64,000 bases of DNA, taken from contig OZ025727.1 of the NCBI GenBank assembly GCA_964019335.1, forward strand, positions 248,001-312,000, given 5' to 3'. Below, piece after piece: positions 51,901 to 61,200 of this stretch; the first letter of the stretch is position 1; every line of letters starts with the position of its first letter. Below the pieces are notes generated by a model that saw only the letters and a list, made by a program, of their open reading frames with translations, had not been told where the DNA came from and did not search any database. Source of the DNA: Diplonema japonicum. Its lineage: Eukaryota > Protista > Euglenozoa: Diplonemea. Both the position numbers and the translations under genes were made by a program.

Positions 51901-53990
51901 CGCTTTGGTATGTGGCAGACGGTGCGGCAGGCTTCAAGGTTTACAACACTACTTTCTCCACCACACAACCCATCATCGCTGTTGGGACTGTGAGTAAGGT
52001 TTACAAGGTTGTTCCTTTCAAGCAGTACCTCCTTGTGGCCAATTGGGTCGGTGGGCTGAAGCTGTACAAGGTTGACACAGAGTCGAGGGTTGCAGAGCTG
52101 CTTGCCCATCTTGAGACTTCTGAAGCGATCTCCGACGTTGTCCTCGAACCAGAGACGATGAAGGGCTACATAGCTGAAGGCAGGCGGGGGGTCTCCTCCT
52201 TCAACTTCGAAACACTTGACAAGATCACTGTCACAAGCACAGTGGACCTCGTTGACTCCACCTTCCTTTCCCTGACTGATTACGGGGATGTTAGCTACCT
52301 ACTTGTGGGGGACTCGGGCCTTCTCTCTGTTATTGAACTCATCAAGGAGGTACCGATGTACCTGGAGAGCCCGTGGCCTGAGTACGCTGTAGGGGTGGGG
52401 TTCGAGACGAAGCTGACACCGAAGGAGGTTGCGAGCAGGGAGGCGACCTCTGTGGAGGTGAGGTCGGTTGTGCGGATCGCAAGCGGTCGGGAGGCGGCTT
52501 GGCCTGAGTGGCTGGAGTACTCGGACCCCCTGCTGCTTCGGGGGACTCCTCCAAAGGAGCTGACTGGGCAGGAGGTGGTGTTGAAGTTCGCGGTGGAGCT
52601 CCCGAACGGGGCAGTTCACGAGGTCTTCTACACGCTGTCGATCGTACCGAGTCTGAAGGTTCGGAACGAGCTTGGGAAGCCGCAGGTGGTGACACCGGCG
52701 AACACTGGGGTGGCGACGCTGCAGCTGGAGGCACCTCGGTCAGGGGAGTTCCTCCCGGAGCAGGGGGCTGTGTCGGTGACATCGAAACCTGTTGAAGGGA
52801 GCCTGCGGGTCTACGGTCCTGTTCCCGACCTGAACGACTTCCTGAAGGGGCTCCGGTTCGACCTGAAGGAGCCTTCGGAGAACCTGTCGAGGGTGACGCT
52901 GCTGGTGACGGACGACGTGAACCAGGGGGCTGTGCAGTACAACATCACGGTGGCGGACCTGAAGTTCAACATGCGTCCTGTTTTTGAGGGCAACAAAAAC
53001 AACACCAACAACAACAACAACTGGGACCCAACAGCGACAACAGGACAAGGCTTTCGCTTCCAACTGGTTCCTATCCGGGTGTCGGACCCCGATGGGGACG
53101 CGCTGACCCTGTCTGCTGTGGAGGTGGGTCGGCAATCCCTCCCCGGGTGGCTGGAGCTGGACCCGTCTGGCTACTTCTACGGGGAAGCAACGGTGGAGGA
53201 TGTGGGGACGGTTGAGATCAACTTGACGGCGAGGGACACCTACGGCGGGGAGACGTCTCGGGTCTTCAAGCTGCGGGTGAAGCGCTCCTTCTGGGACCTG
53301 TTCTGGTACGTGTTCTCAATTGTGGCCCCGATCGTGTCTGGGCTCGGGATGCTGTACGGGGCTTGGGTGTACTACTCCCTTTTGTGGAACAACTTCGGGG
53401 GGAGGTGGTACTACTGGGAGGTCCCTCCTTCCCTGTTGTTGACCGGGGAGTGGTACCATGCGGAGAGGAAGAAGAAGAAGAAGAAGGGGTCGAAGAAGGA
53501 GAGCAGGAGGATTGACCCGGAGAGCGTGCGAGAGATCCGGATGATGCGGCACATCAAACACTCCCTCGGGCAGAAGGTGCGGTCCCGGCTGAGGTGGGTC
53601 CTTCCCTCGGCGTACCTCCGGCACGAGCGACAGGAACCACTGGTGAACGGCGACAACCTCACCCCTTGGATCGAATACAACGAGCTCGCCCACACCTTCC
53701 GCCTTCTCTACGATGAGATCGACGACGACGACGCGGGCATCTACTACCTCATCGTCTTCGGCCGCTTCGACGACATCCTCCAGGAGATCCGCCTCGAGCC
53801 CGCCGTTGTGAAGTCCCAGGAGCACAGGCTTCGGACAGTCGAGAGAGAGTCAGTGAACTTTAAGGAACTTATCCTTGATGAGGCTGAGGTCGAGATAACT
53901 GTGGACTGTAACCCTTTGGAGTACAGGAGGATGTCGTGCTCTTTGAATCCTGAAGCACAAAATGAGGAGGGCAAGGTTATGTATTTGTAG
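48906..53990 (+). CDS. Family B surface protein, copy 4 (divergent extreme C-terminus)
   Basis: Same architecture as 7488..12530. Confidence 0.92.
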   Translation: MHVQLLLAVLSLGQLDPQACNGVYSIDTTAESGTLRYPNIGQYENNADYCWRIKSTKWIRLEWVSLDIVDITGCVATDSCSALYPCRQNSKCSSDALIAYDTSNFPGMTFCGSGVSNVTWQPTSKGDVVFRFKSNSKTTGRGFTVKWSTCEVKPDTGYSVERAPRCGGQIKNILTDPTGTLKYPAAGSQYDSGQNECWRILCNGQLSLTWKAVDVKSDSTSGCNKDKVTIYDSEETEHTLCRMPLDPIEYPPGDIVISFFSDVCDTGSGFEVSWSCGAWDYPTPPQKGTLVGVDCGIYSSDFSTSAGNLAYPSVPGLYGNNIKLCWRIQCGGQLTLTYHEMDLDDGVNCNHDHLAFEQQGLVRSNLYCGTAIPDYQPPIRGDLVVYFRSDDSQQKQGFNLSWVCDDSPDPPAPSNPGMQPPATQPPPLTACPIPATSAPDTLAPPTDAPATPAPPTDPPTTPFPATDPPATPAPPTDPPTTSAPATNAPLTQAPPTSEPGTPDTAAPTTPRPDTPTFVPVTVAPPTTGPTAVPTRSPGIVPTPAPPTETTETLNKTGIEEVLTSTGKTVIRTTDGGVTVVDKTEGGGGGGFGGSVTVPGGPQTAVKVSGKTLVTGSANGTVSIVDIEKTPPTVKGSWTATGEVRSIAIGRSLLAVSDSAGLKIVSLRNPELPILMGELKVGYMQEMGFTEDATFLFGVPEGSGEVLMFDVRDPTRPSLKYSLEVKIPVSSVRVGRDEVFVCDSEGLKRFNTGTLPPSLALSQPGACGLLAATHERRYLFVSDPVTGGAANAKRITQYSLDPSLTADGLLFSRGPVLSMEVSADDRYLYVADSLGLQVFPLVRTNPGRLDNPLLKLVRTVQTGRRANGVKVLDKSQMVVAADDEGLSSFFSIFDSKNLDGRKKWITGGATAVETSLDGRWGFYGKGSAVTVFEVVTLNTVTTVATPSEVRSMTRFAGVLYVTCKDGVYSYSLNDLPLVSFLSTVLTNTVDAVSSSSVNGTLWYVADGAAGFKVYNTTFSTTQPIIAVGTVSKVYKVVPFKQYLLVANWVGGLKLYKVDTESRVAELLAHLETSEAISDVVLEPETMKGYIAEGRRGVSSFNFETLDKITVTSTVDLVDSTFLSLTDYGDVSYLLVGDSGLLSVIELIKEVPMYLESPWPEYAVGVGFETKLTPKEVASREATSVEVRSVVRIASGREAAWPEWLEYSDPLLLRGTPPKELTGQEVVLKFAVELPNGAVHEVFYTLSIVPSLKVRNELGKPQVVTPANTGVATLQLEAPRSGEFLPEQGAVSVTSKPVEGSLRVYGPVPDLNDFLKGLRFDLKEPSENLSRVTLLVTDDVNQGAVQYNITVADLKFNMRPVFEGNKNNTNNNNNWDPTATTGQGFRFQLVPIRVSDPDGDALTLSAVEVGRQSLPGWLELDPSGYFYGEATVEDVGTVEINLTARDTYGGETSRVFKLRVKRSFWDLFWYVFSIVAPIVSGLGMLYGAWVYYSLLWNNFGGRWYYWEVPPSLLLTGEWYHAERKKKKKKGSKKESRRIDPESVREIRMMRHIKHSLGQKVRSRLRWVLPSAYLRHERQEPLVNGDNLTPWIEYNELAHTFRLLYDEIDDDDAGIYYLIVFGRFDDILQEIRLEPAVVKSQEHRLRTVERESVNFKELILDEAEVEITVDCNPLEYRRMSCSLNPEAQNEEGKVMYL

Positions 53991-54139
53991 TTGATCGAAT
54001 TAATATTTTCCAGAAGCTTGCTATCACCCGTGTACCCCCTTATTCACTTGTAAGCATGTGAATTACTTTTTGTTCAGTTGCGGTGTTTTATTTCACAGTT
54101 TTCGTAGAACTCTTATGGTCCAACTGTCCATGTGTCATT

Positions 54140-54256
54140 TGACTTTGTGAATTCAGGACTATATTTGTTTTCCTTTGGGGTTTTCCCCCATCACAGTTGA
54201 AGCATTCCCTGCCCCGAAACACAACACGTATTGGTGGTGGTGGTGGGCTTTGCACT
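54140..54256 (+). repeat. Conserved downstream element, copy 2
   Basis: Homologous to 13025-13148. Confidence 0.7.
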
Positions 54257-54304
54257 GCCACATTATGTTCTTGTTTGTTTGTTTTGTTTTTTTTTATTTA
54301 ACCA

Positions 54305-54438
54305 GGTGGTGGGGATAACATGAAAATATAAGAAAAACATCAGATGTGTTGTTCGTTGTTGACCTCCTCGTCGGTCATCACCGGTAGCACCCGAGTGGAA
54401 GAACGTAACGCAGATGCTCAGGGTGACGAACAGGCAGC
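54305..54438 (+). ncRNA. HDV-like self-cleaving ribozyme, family 1, complete
   Basis: P1 GGUGGUG(54305-11)/CAUCACC(54376-82). ACC-UCCUCGUC-GGU (54362-75). GG at 54383-84. P4 CACCCGAGU/GCUCAGGGUG with a longer loop. J4/2 ACGAA (C54427). P2 GUUGUUG/CAGGCAGC. Confidence 0.82.
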
Positions 54439-54628
54439 AAACTGCACGAGCGCAGAATCTTGGTTACCCGGGACGCCCCGGCTGGGGTTGAGCTATACAC
54501 CGCACGCATTAAGGACACGACGCGGAACGCAGAAGAAGCTACAACTCGGCCGCGGTGCGCCCCCTGTAATCAAGTAGACAGTTCTTGTGCAGGGCGCCGC
54601 CAACACCGGCCTCCTTTAACTCATATAT
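54305..54628 (+). mobile_element. Ribozyme-headed short non-autonomous retroelement, copy 2
   Basis: Body matches 20562-20827. The tail ends TCCTTTAACTCATATATA, like LINE subfamily A. Confidence 0.78.
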
Positions 54629-54629
54629 A

Positions 54630-54787
54630 TTTTATTTCATTCCTTCTGAAATTACTTCACTATTTATGGACTACTTTTACAAGCTTACCAAGCTCCCCAA
54701 AAGACTCGTGCGACTGGCCGCGCCTTAGTTAACAAACATCTTTTACCGCCTTGTTGTGAAGTAATTTCAGGAAGTCGTGAAATAAAA
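54630..54787. mobile_element. MITE-like element with ~31-bp imperfect terminal inverted repeats
   Basis: TTTTATTTCATTCCTTCTGAAATTACTTCAC (54630-54660) versus GTGAAGTAATTTCAGGAAGTCGTGAAATAAAA (54756-54787). Confidence 0.6.
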
Positions 54788-54794
54788 CACTTAC

Positions 54795-54915
54795 CTATTC
54801 GCCAAGGAATGACTCTACCGCCTCTCGGTCCCGCATTTTCTTACCTCGGGTCCTCGATGGTAAAATGCGGAACCTCGAGGTAAACGGTAAAAGTCATTAC
54901 GTTGTTGGCAAATAG
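54795..54915. repeat. ~120-bp imperfect palindrome
   Basis: Nested pairs CTATT/AATAG, GCCAA/TTGGC, AATGACT/AGTCATT, TACCG/CGGTA, CCTC/GAGG, CCGCATTTT/AAAATGCGG. Confidence 0.65.
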
Positions 54916-54936
54916 CTATTCTTTCTCTCTCTCTCT

Positions 54937-54971
<35 letters not shown>

Positions 54972-56510
54972 CTTTTATTTTTATTTCTCTTAATTTCATT
55001 CAAATGCAACCCGTGGAAGAGTCGTTAGCTGACATTATTTCATCCTAAAGAAAAAGAAAAAAAGAAACATGCTTGTTCTAACCGCCGTTAGTCCATTCTT
55101 GAGCTGAATTATTTTTTTACAGCACGTCACCCGCACAAGTGGGTAGACATTTTTGCAAGATGAAAGTGTCCTCTCTCTCCACATTATTTTACTGTAAAAC
55201 GAAAAAGAAATCCGGCAGAGAAAAATATTCCAAGGCTTTTTTTTTTTTTTTTTTCTTCCCCCCCCGGGAGTTTGCCACTCCGGTATTTTTCTCTGGGTCC
55301 GTTGTTGTATAGCAGTTAAGGTCATTGCGATCAGCACCCAGATTCTGAGGGTGTCCATGTTTTGCCCAGTATTTGGGGGAAGAAGACTGACGTTGTTCCA
55401 GTCAGTGTCCAGAGGGGGCTCAGTACTACCTAAGATCAGCTGCGGAGGTGAGCTAATGGCTTTTTTGTCCTAAGGCCACGGAATTACCTAATAGCATCAT
55501 TGGGAGCACGCTTTTACAGATTTATTTTTTTTCACAAAGAGTTTTCTAGATGGCCTCACTGGAGAATTTGATTCCCCAGTTTGGAGCATTCGGGGGTCTG
55601 CCACCCTAGGCAGATAACTTCTTTTTCAAGGCTTAAAATTGTTTTTTTTTTCTGCAAAGCCTTGTTCTTCAGAATATGGCTTTTTGGTGCACTTTACCGC
55701 AAATGGCTCCCGTCCTTTTTAGGGGTTAAGGGAACTGGGAAACAAAAGAAATGTACTTTTTTATTTTGCTTTATCGAACATTCTATAAAAAAAAAAAAGA
55801 AAAAAAAAAAGGACCTGTCAAAAAATCTCTTAATTTTGTCCTGAAGAAAAAAATGTCACGGAAAAAAAACTTTTTATTTAAAAAAGGGAAAAAAAAAAGA
55901 ATGCCTTTTTTTTTGGTCTTTTTTTTTTTCTCATCACCTCTCTTTCCCCTAGGGACACGATCACAAAATGAAAGGCCAAATAAGATTCGTTTTTTTTTTT
56001 TCTTTTTTTTTCTTTTTTTTTTTCCTGGTACATCCTTAGTCTTCCGGAAAGGAATTAAGAGATTTTCTTACTGTGAAACAAATCAATTATGCCAGCCTCG
56101 TGAAGAAAGTGAATTAGTGACCATATTTCTCTTTTTTTAAAAAAAAAAAAGAAAATATATTTCATGTTTTTCTTTTTTTCATATCAACTCCTCACTTGTG
56201 TTTTTCTGGTATAAAACAAAACAAAAAAAAGGGGGGGGGGAAAGGAAAAACCCAACAAAAACAGTGCGGGTGTACCATAAGGCCATGGGTCTTCACCCTT
56301 CCCGAAATCTTCAACTCAGGTTTCCCACCATTAGCTTAGCTTATGGTCTCAGAACCGCCCAGTCATACCCTAGCTTGTTTAAATGTCTCGCTCTCCCCAC
56401 CACCCCTCTTTTATAAGGCAGAAAGAAGGAAAATAAAAAAAAAGAACTAGTTTTCTCCTTCTCTTTTCTTTTTTTTTTTTTTTTTTTTGAACGTACAAAC
56501 AACGGCCAGC

Positions 56511-56543
<33 letters not shown>

Positions 56544-56777
56544 AAATTTGTGGGAAAGGGAACAGTTCTCTCTGAATCTGAGAAACCTAGTTCTTGGTAC
56601 TTCCATGGGCTACTGGAGTCGTGAGGGGGCTTTGTTCCCCGTGCAGATCTTGGCGGTGACAATTGCCCCTTCACTTAAATGGAGGTTAAAAACTAGTTGG
56701 TAGCAGCATAAATTGTGCACAAACAAGTGAAGCCCCCAAACTAGTTTTTCCTACCCGCGGGGGGGGGGGGGGGGACA

Positions 56778-57780
56778 ACGTACAAACAACGGCCAGATTT
56801 CTTTATTTTTTTTAATTTTCACATTTTTTTTTTTTTTTTTTTTTCCCTTCCCAAACTCGAGCGAAGAAATGTCAGCATTTTTCCTTCTGTGTGTGATGTC
56901 AGTACACCTTGAAGTAGCACTGGGAGGCGTTGTTTCTTTTTTGCTTGAACTACAAGGGAAAAAAAAAAGAGAATTGTATGAATTTCTTTTTTTCTAAATG
57001 CTTCTTCTTTTTTTTTCTTTCCTCTTTTTCTTTTTTTTTTTTTATATCTTGTTTTTGCTACAAAAAGAAAACAAGTGCTATGAAAAGAACGCTTTCCCCC
57101 CCCCCTTTTTTTTTGTCCGGACTTAACTTTTTCTGCAGGATAAATCCACGAACAAGGCAATAAACCTCACAACTTTTTTTTTTTTTCTTTTTCTTTTTTT
57201 CTTCTCCCTTACCAAACTCGAGCGACGAAATGTCAGCATTTTTCCTTCCGTGTGTGATATCAGTGCAACTGAAGTAACACTAGAAGGCGCTGTTTCTTTT
57301 TTGCTTGAATTACCGCGGAGGGGAGGAAAAGAGAACCGAAAAGAAAATTGAGTCGCGAGGCTGCGATTTGTTGTCCGGATTCAACTTTTTCTGCAGAATT
57401 AATTCACAAATTCACAAACCGCTAACTTTCTTTCTTTCTTTCTTTCTTTCTTTTTTTTTTTTTTTTTTTTTTTGCTAAAGGCAGCTTATTCAGTTTATCG
57501 GCTTTGCACAAAAAAAAAAAAAAAAAACCGTTTTTATCTACATCGGTTGCACAAACAACAAACAGCCGACCTTTTTTTTTTTTTTTTTCCGAAATGTCAG
57601 CTTTTCCCCTTCTGTGTGATATCTGTACACTTGAAGTAGCACTGGGGGGGGGCGCTGCTTCTTTTTTGCTTGAACTACGTGGGGAGGGGGGAGAAAAAAA
57701 AGGAAAAAAAAAAAAAAAACAAGTCACTATACTACGTTTTTGGTCCGATTTTAACCTTTCTGCTGGATACGTTCAGAACT
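56778..57780. repeat. Three degenerate tandem units (~370-bp period) upstream of family B copy 5
   Basis: Core GAAATGTCAGC.TTTT.C.TTC.GTGTGAT.TC.GT.CA..TGAAGTA.CACT.G..GGCG.TG.TTCTTTTTTGCTTGAA.TAC at ~56866, 57227 and 57591. Each is followed by GTCCG.A.T.AAC.TTT.CTGC. Confidence 0.8.
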
Positions 57781-58142
57781 TTAAAAAAAAGCAGCAATTG
57801 ACCGCGCAATATATATTTTTATATTTTTTTTTTTCTTCCAAAAGAAGAATCATTGCCTCGAGTCTAACGATGGCATGCGAGTTTTTAGGGGGTTTATAAA
57901 CTTTTTTTTACAAGTTTAACTACCCCCTTACATACGCAATAGCAAAAAAAAAAAAGACCTATATGGTGAGCGCGGAGAGGGCAAAAAGAAAAAAAAAGGC
58001 GCAAACCTTAACCCTTTAGGCGGCCAAAACGCTTCGGGGTTTAAAAAAAAAAAAGAAATGTCTAACTTCATTTATATTCTTTCTTTCTTTTTCTTGCTTT
58101 TTTTTTTCTTTCTTCTTTTTTTTTTTTTATGCAAAATCCGTC

Positions 58143-58187
<45 letters not shown>

Positions 58188-58217
58188 AGGGCATTCCCCG
58201 TTCCAAAAATCTAAAAA

Positions 58218-61200
58218 ATGCAAATACAACTGTTGTTGGCGGTGTTGTCACTAAAACAGCTCGACCCCCCAGCGTGCAATGGGGTCTACAACACCGACAC
58301 AGCAGCATCATCAGGCACAGTAAGGTACCCTGCTAGCGGGCAGTACGCAGCAGATTTAAGCTACTGCTGGCGAGTAAAATCGGCGAAATGGCTCCGTCTG
58401 GAGTGGGTATCCGTGGACATTGAGGACATGACGCAGTGCGTCCTGTCTAGAAGCTGCGGCTCGTCGGTGCCCTGCGAACAACGTGGTACATGCGACAGCG
58501 ATGCACTAACAATTTTCGACTCCTCAGGGCTTCCAGGGATGCAGTTCTGCGGCAGAGCAGCACAAGGCATCACTTGGCAGCCTTCCACTCAAGGCGACAT
58601 AGTATTTTGGTTCAAAACCAACCATGTCGTGTCAGGACTGGGTTTCACCGTCAAATGGACCACCTGCGACGCAAAACCCGACACTGGGTACACCGTCACG
58701 CGAGCCCTTCGATGCGGGGGGCAGATCCCTAATATCAAGGACAACCCCACAGGCAATTTAGACTACCCTCTCACCACCGGGAACTATGAAAACGGTGAAA
58801 ACATATGCTGGCGGATACTCTGCAACGGACAGCTCTCCCTCACGTGGAGTACGCTTAACGTCTACACAGATGGTGTTGGCTGTAACCATGACAGGGTCAC
58901 CATCTACGACAGCGAACAAGTTGCGCACACACTGTGCAAAAAGCCTCTCGATCCCATTGAGTACCCTCCTGGTGAGATCGTCATACACTTCGGTTCTGAT
59001 GCTTGTAACACCTGGAGCGGGTTCGGCTTGTCGTGGTCGTGCGATGCTTGGGACTACCCTACCCCTCCGCAGAAGGGGACTCTCCTCACTTCCGACTGCA
59101 ACGTCTACTCCGGTGACCACTCGTCCTCGACCGGTAGCCTTTATCACCCCGCCATCGCTGGGCAGCCGTATGGTGTTGGTGATAAGTTGTGCTGGCGCAT
59201 TCAGTGTGGTGGGCAGCTTAACCTCACGTTTCACAAGATGGACATCGAAGAAGAACGGAATTGCTTGGCTGACCACCTCGTGTTCGAGCAGCACGGGCTT
59301 GTGTGGTCGGAGTATTACTGCGGTACAGTTTTTCCTGACTACCAGCCTCCCATAAGGGGCGACCTTGTTGTGCATTTTAAGAGTGATTCAATCTCGTCGC
59401 TGACGGGGTTCAACTTTTCTTGGGTGTGCGATGACTCACCGGACCCTCCTGCTCCACCAAACCCTGGAATGCAGCCCCCGGCAACACAGCCGCCACCTTT
59501 GACGACCTGTCCCACATCCTCTCCTACAGCGACTCCGACAGCTGCGCCGGATACCCCGGCCCCGTTAACTGATGCGCCTGCAACCGACGCACCTTCCTCG
59601 CCAGCTCCACCTACAGACCCTCCCACAACTTCAGCTCCACCTACAGACCCTCCTACAACTTCGGCCCCGTCGACAGATGCTCCTTTAACCCAAGCTCCAC
59701 CAACTTCAGAACCCGGCACAACCGGTCTACCAGACACAGCCGCCCCCACGACACCACGCCCCGACACCCCAACGTTCGTCCCTGTGACTGTGGCACCCCC
59801 CACCACAGGACCGACAGCGGTGCCAACAAGGAGCCCTGGGATTGTTCCAACACCCGCCCCCCCGACAGAGACGACAGAGACCCTCAACAAGACGGGGATC
59901 GAGGAGGTTCTGACGAGCACTGGGAAGACTGTGATTCGCACAACGGACGGCGGGGTGACAGTGGTGGACAAGACTGAAGGTGGTGGTGGTGGTGGGTTCG
60001 GCGGCTCGGTGACTGTCCCTGGAGGCCCTCAGACTGCGGTGAAGGTGAGCGGAAAGACTCTGGTGACGGGGTCAGCGAACGGGACCGTGTCCATCGTTGA
60101 CATTGAGAAAACCCCCCCCACTGTGAAGGGGAGCTGGACGGCGACGGGGGAGGTGCGGAGCATCGCCATCGGGAGGTCCCTGCTGGCGGTGTCGGACAGT
60201 GCTGGGCTGAAGATCGTGTCCCTCCGAAACCCCGAGCTTCCCATCCTGATGGGGGAGCTGAAGGTGGGCTACATGCAGGAGATGGGGTTCACGGAGGACG
60301 CGACCTTCCTGTTCGGGGTTCCCGAGGGCTCTGGGGAGGTGCTGATGTTCGACGTGAGGGACCCGACGCGGCCCTCGCTGAAGTACAGCTTGGAGGTGAA
60401 GATCCCCGTGTCGAGCGTGAGGGTGGGAAGGGATGAGGTGTTCGTGTGCGACTCGGAAGGGCTGAAGCGCTTCAACACGGGGACCCTGCCCCCTTCCCTC
60501 GCCCTCTCGCAACCGGGGGCGTGCGGGCTCCTTGCGGCGACACACGAGAGGCGGTACCTGTTCGTGTCGGACCCCGTGACAGGAGGGGCCGCCAATGCGA
60601 AGCGCATCACACAGTACTCCCTCGACCCCTCGTTAACAGCGGACGGGCTCCTCTTCTCAAGGGGACCTGTTCTCAGCATGGAGGTGTCGGCGGACGACCG
60701 GTACCTCTACGTTGCGGACAGCCTGGGCCTGCAGGTGTTCCCGTTGGTGCGGACGAACCCTGGGCGCCTCGACAACCCTTTGCTGAAGTTGGTTCGATCA
60801 GTGAGGACGGGAAGGAGGGCAAACGGGGCGAAGGTTTTGGACAAGTCACAAATGGTAATTGCAGCTGACGACGAGGGGCTCAGCAGCTTCTTCAACATCT
60901 TCGACTCGAAGAACTCGGATGGGAGGAAGAAGTGGATCACTGGTGGGGCGACAGCTGTGGAGACATCTCTGGACGGACGGTGGGGTTTCTACGGGAAGGG
61001 GAGTGCTGTGACTGTGTTCGAGGTGGTGACGCTGAACACTGTGACGACTGTGGCGACACCTTCTGAGGTGCGGTCGATGACACGGTTCGCTGGTGTGCTG
61101 TACGTCACCTGCAAAGATGGTGTCTACAGCTACAGTCTGAATGACCTTCCGCTGGTCTCGTTCCTATCGACGGTGCTGACGAACACAGTCGACGCGGTGT

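Noticed and set aside
56778-57780. CRISPR array
   Set aside because: Units are long and degenerate with homopolymer spacers, there are no cas genes, and the context is eukaryotic.
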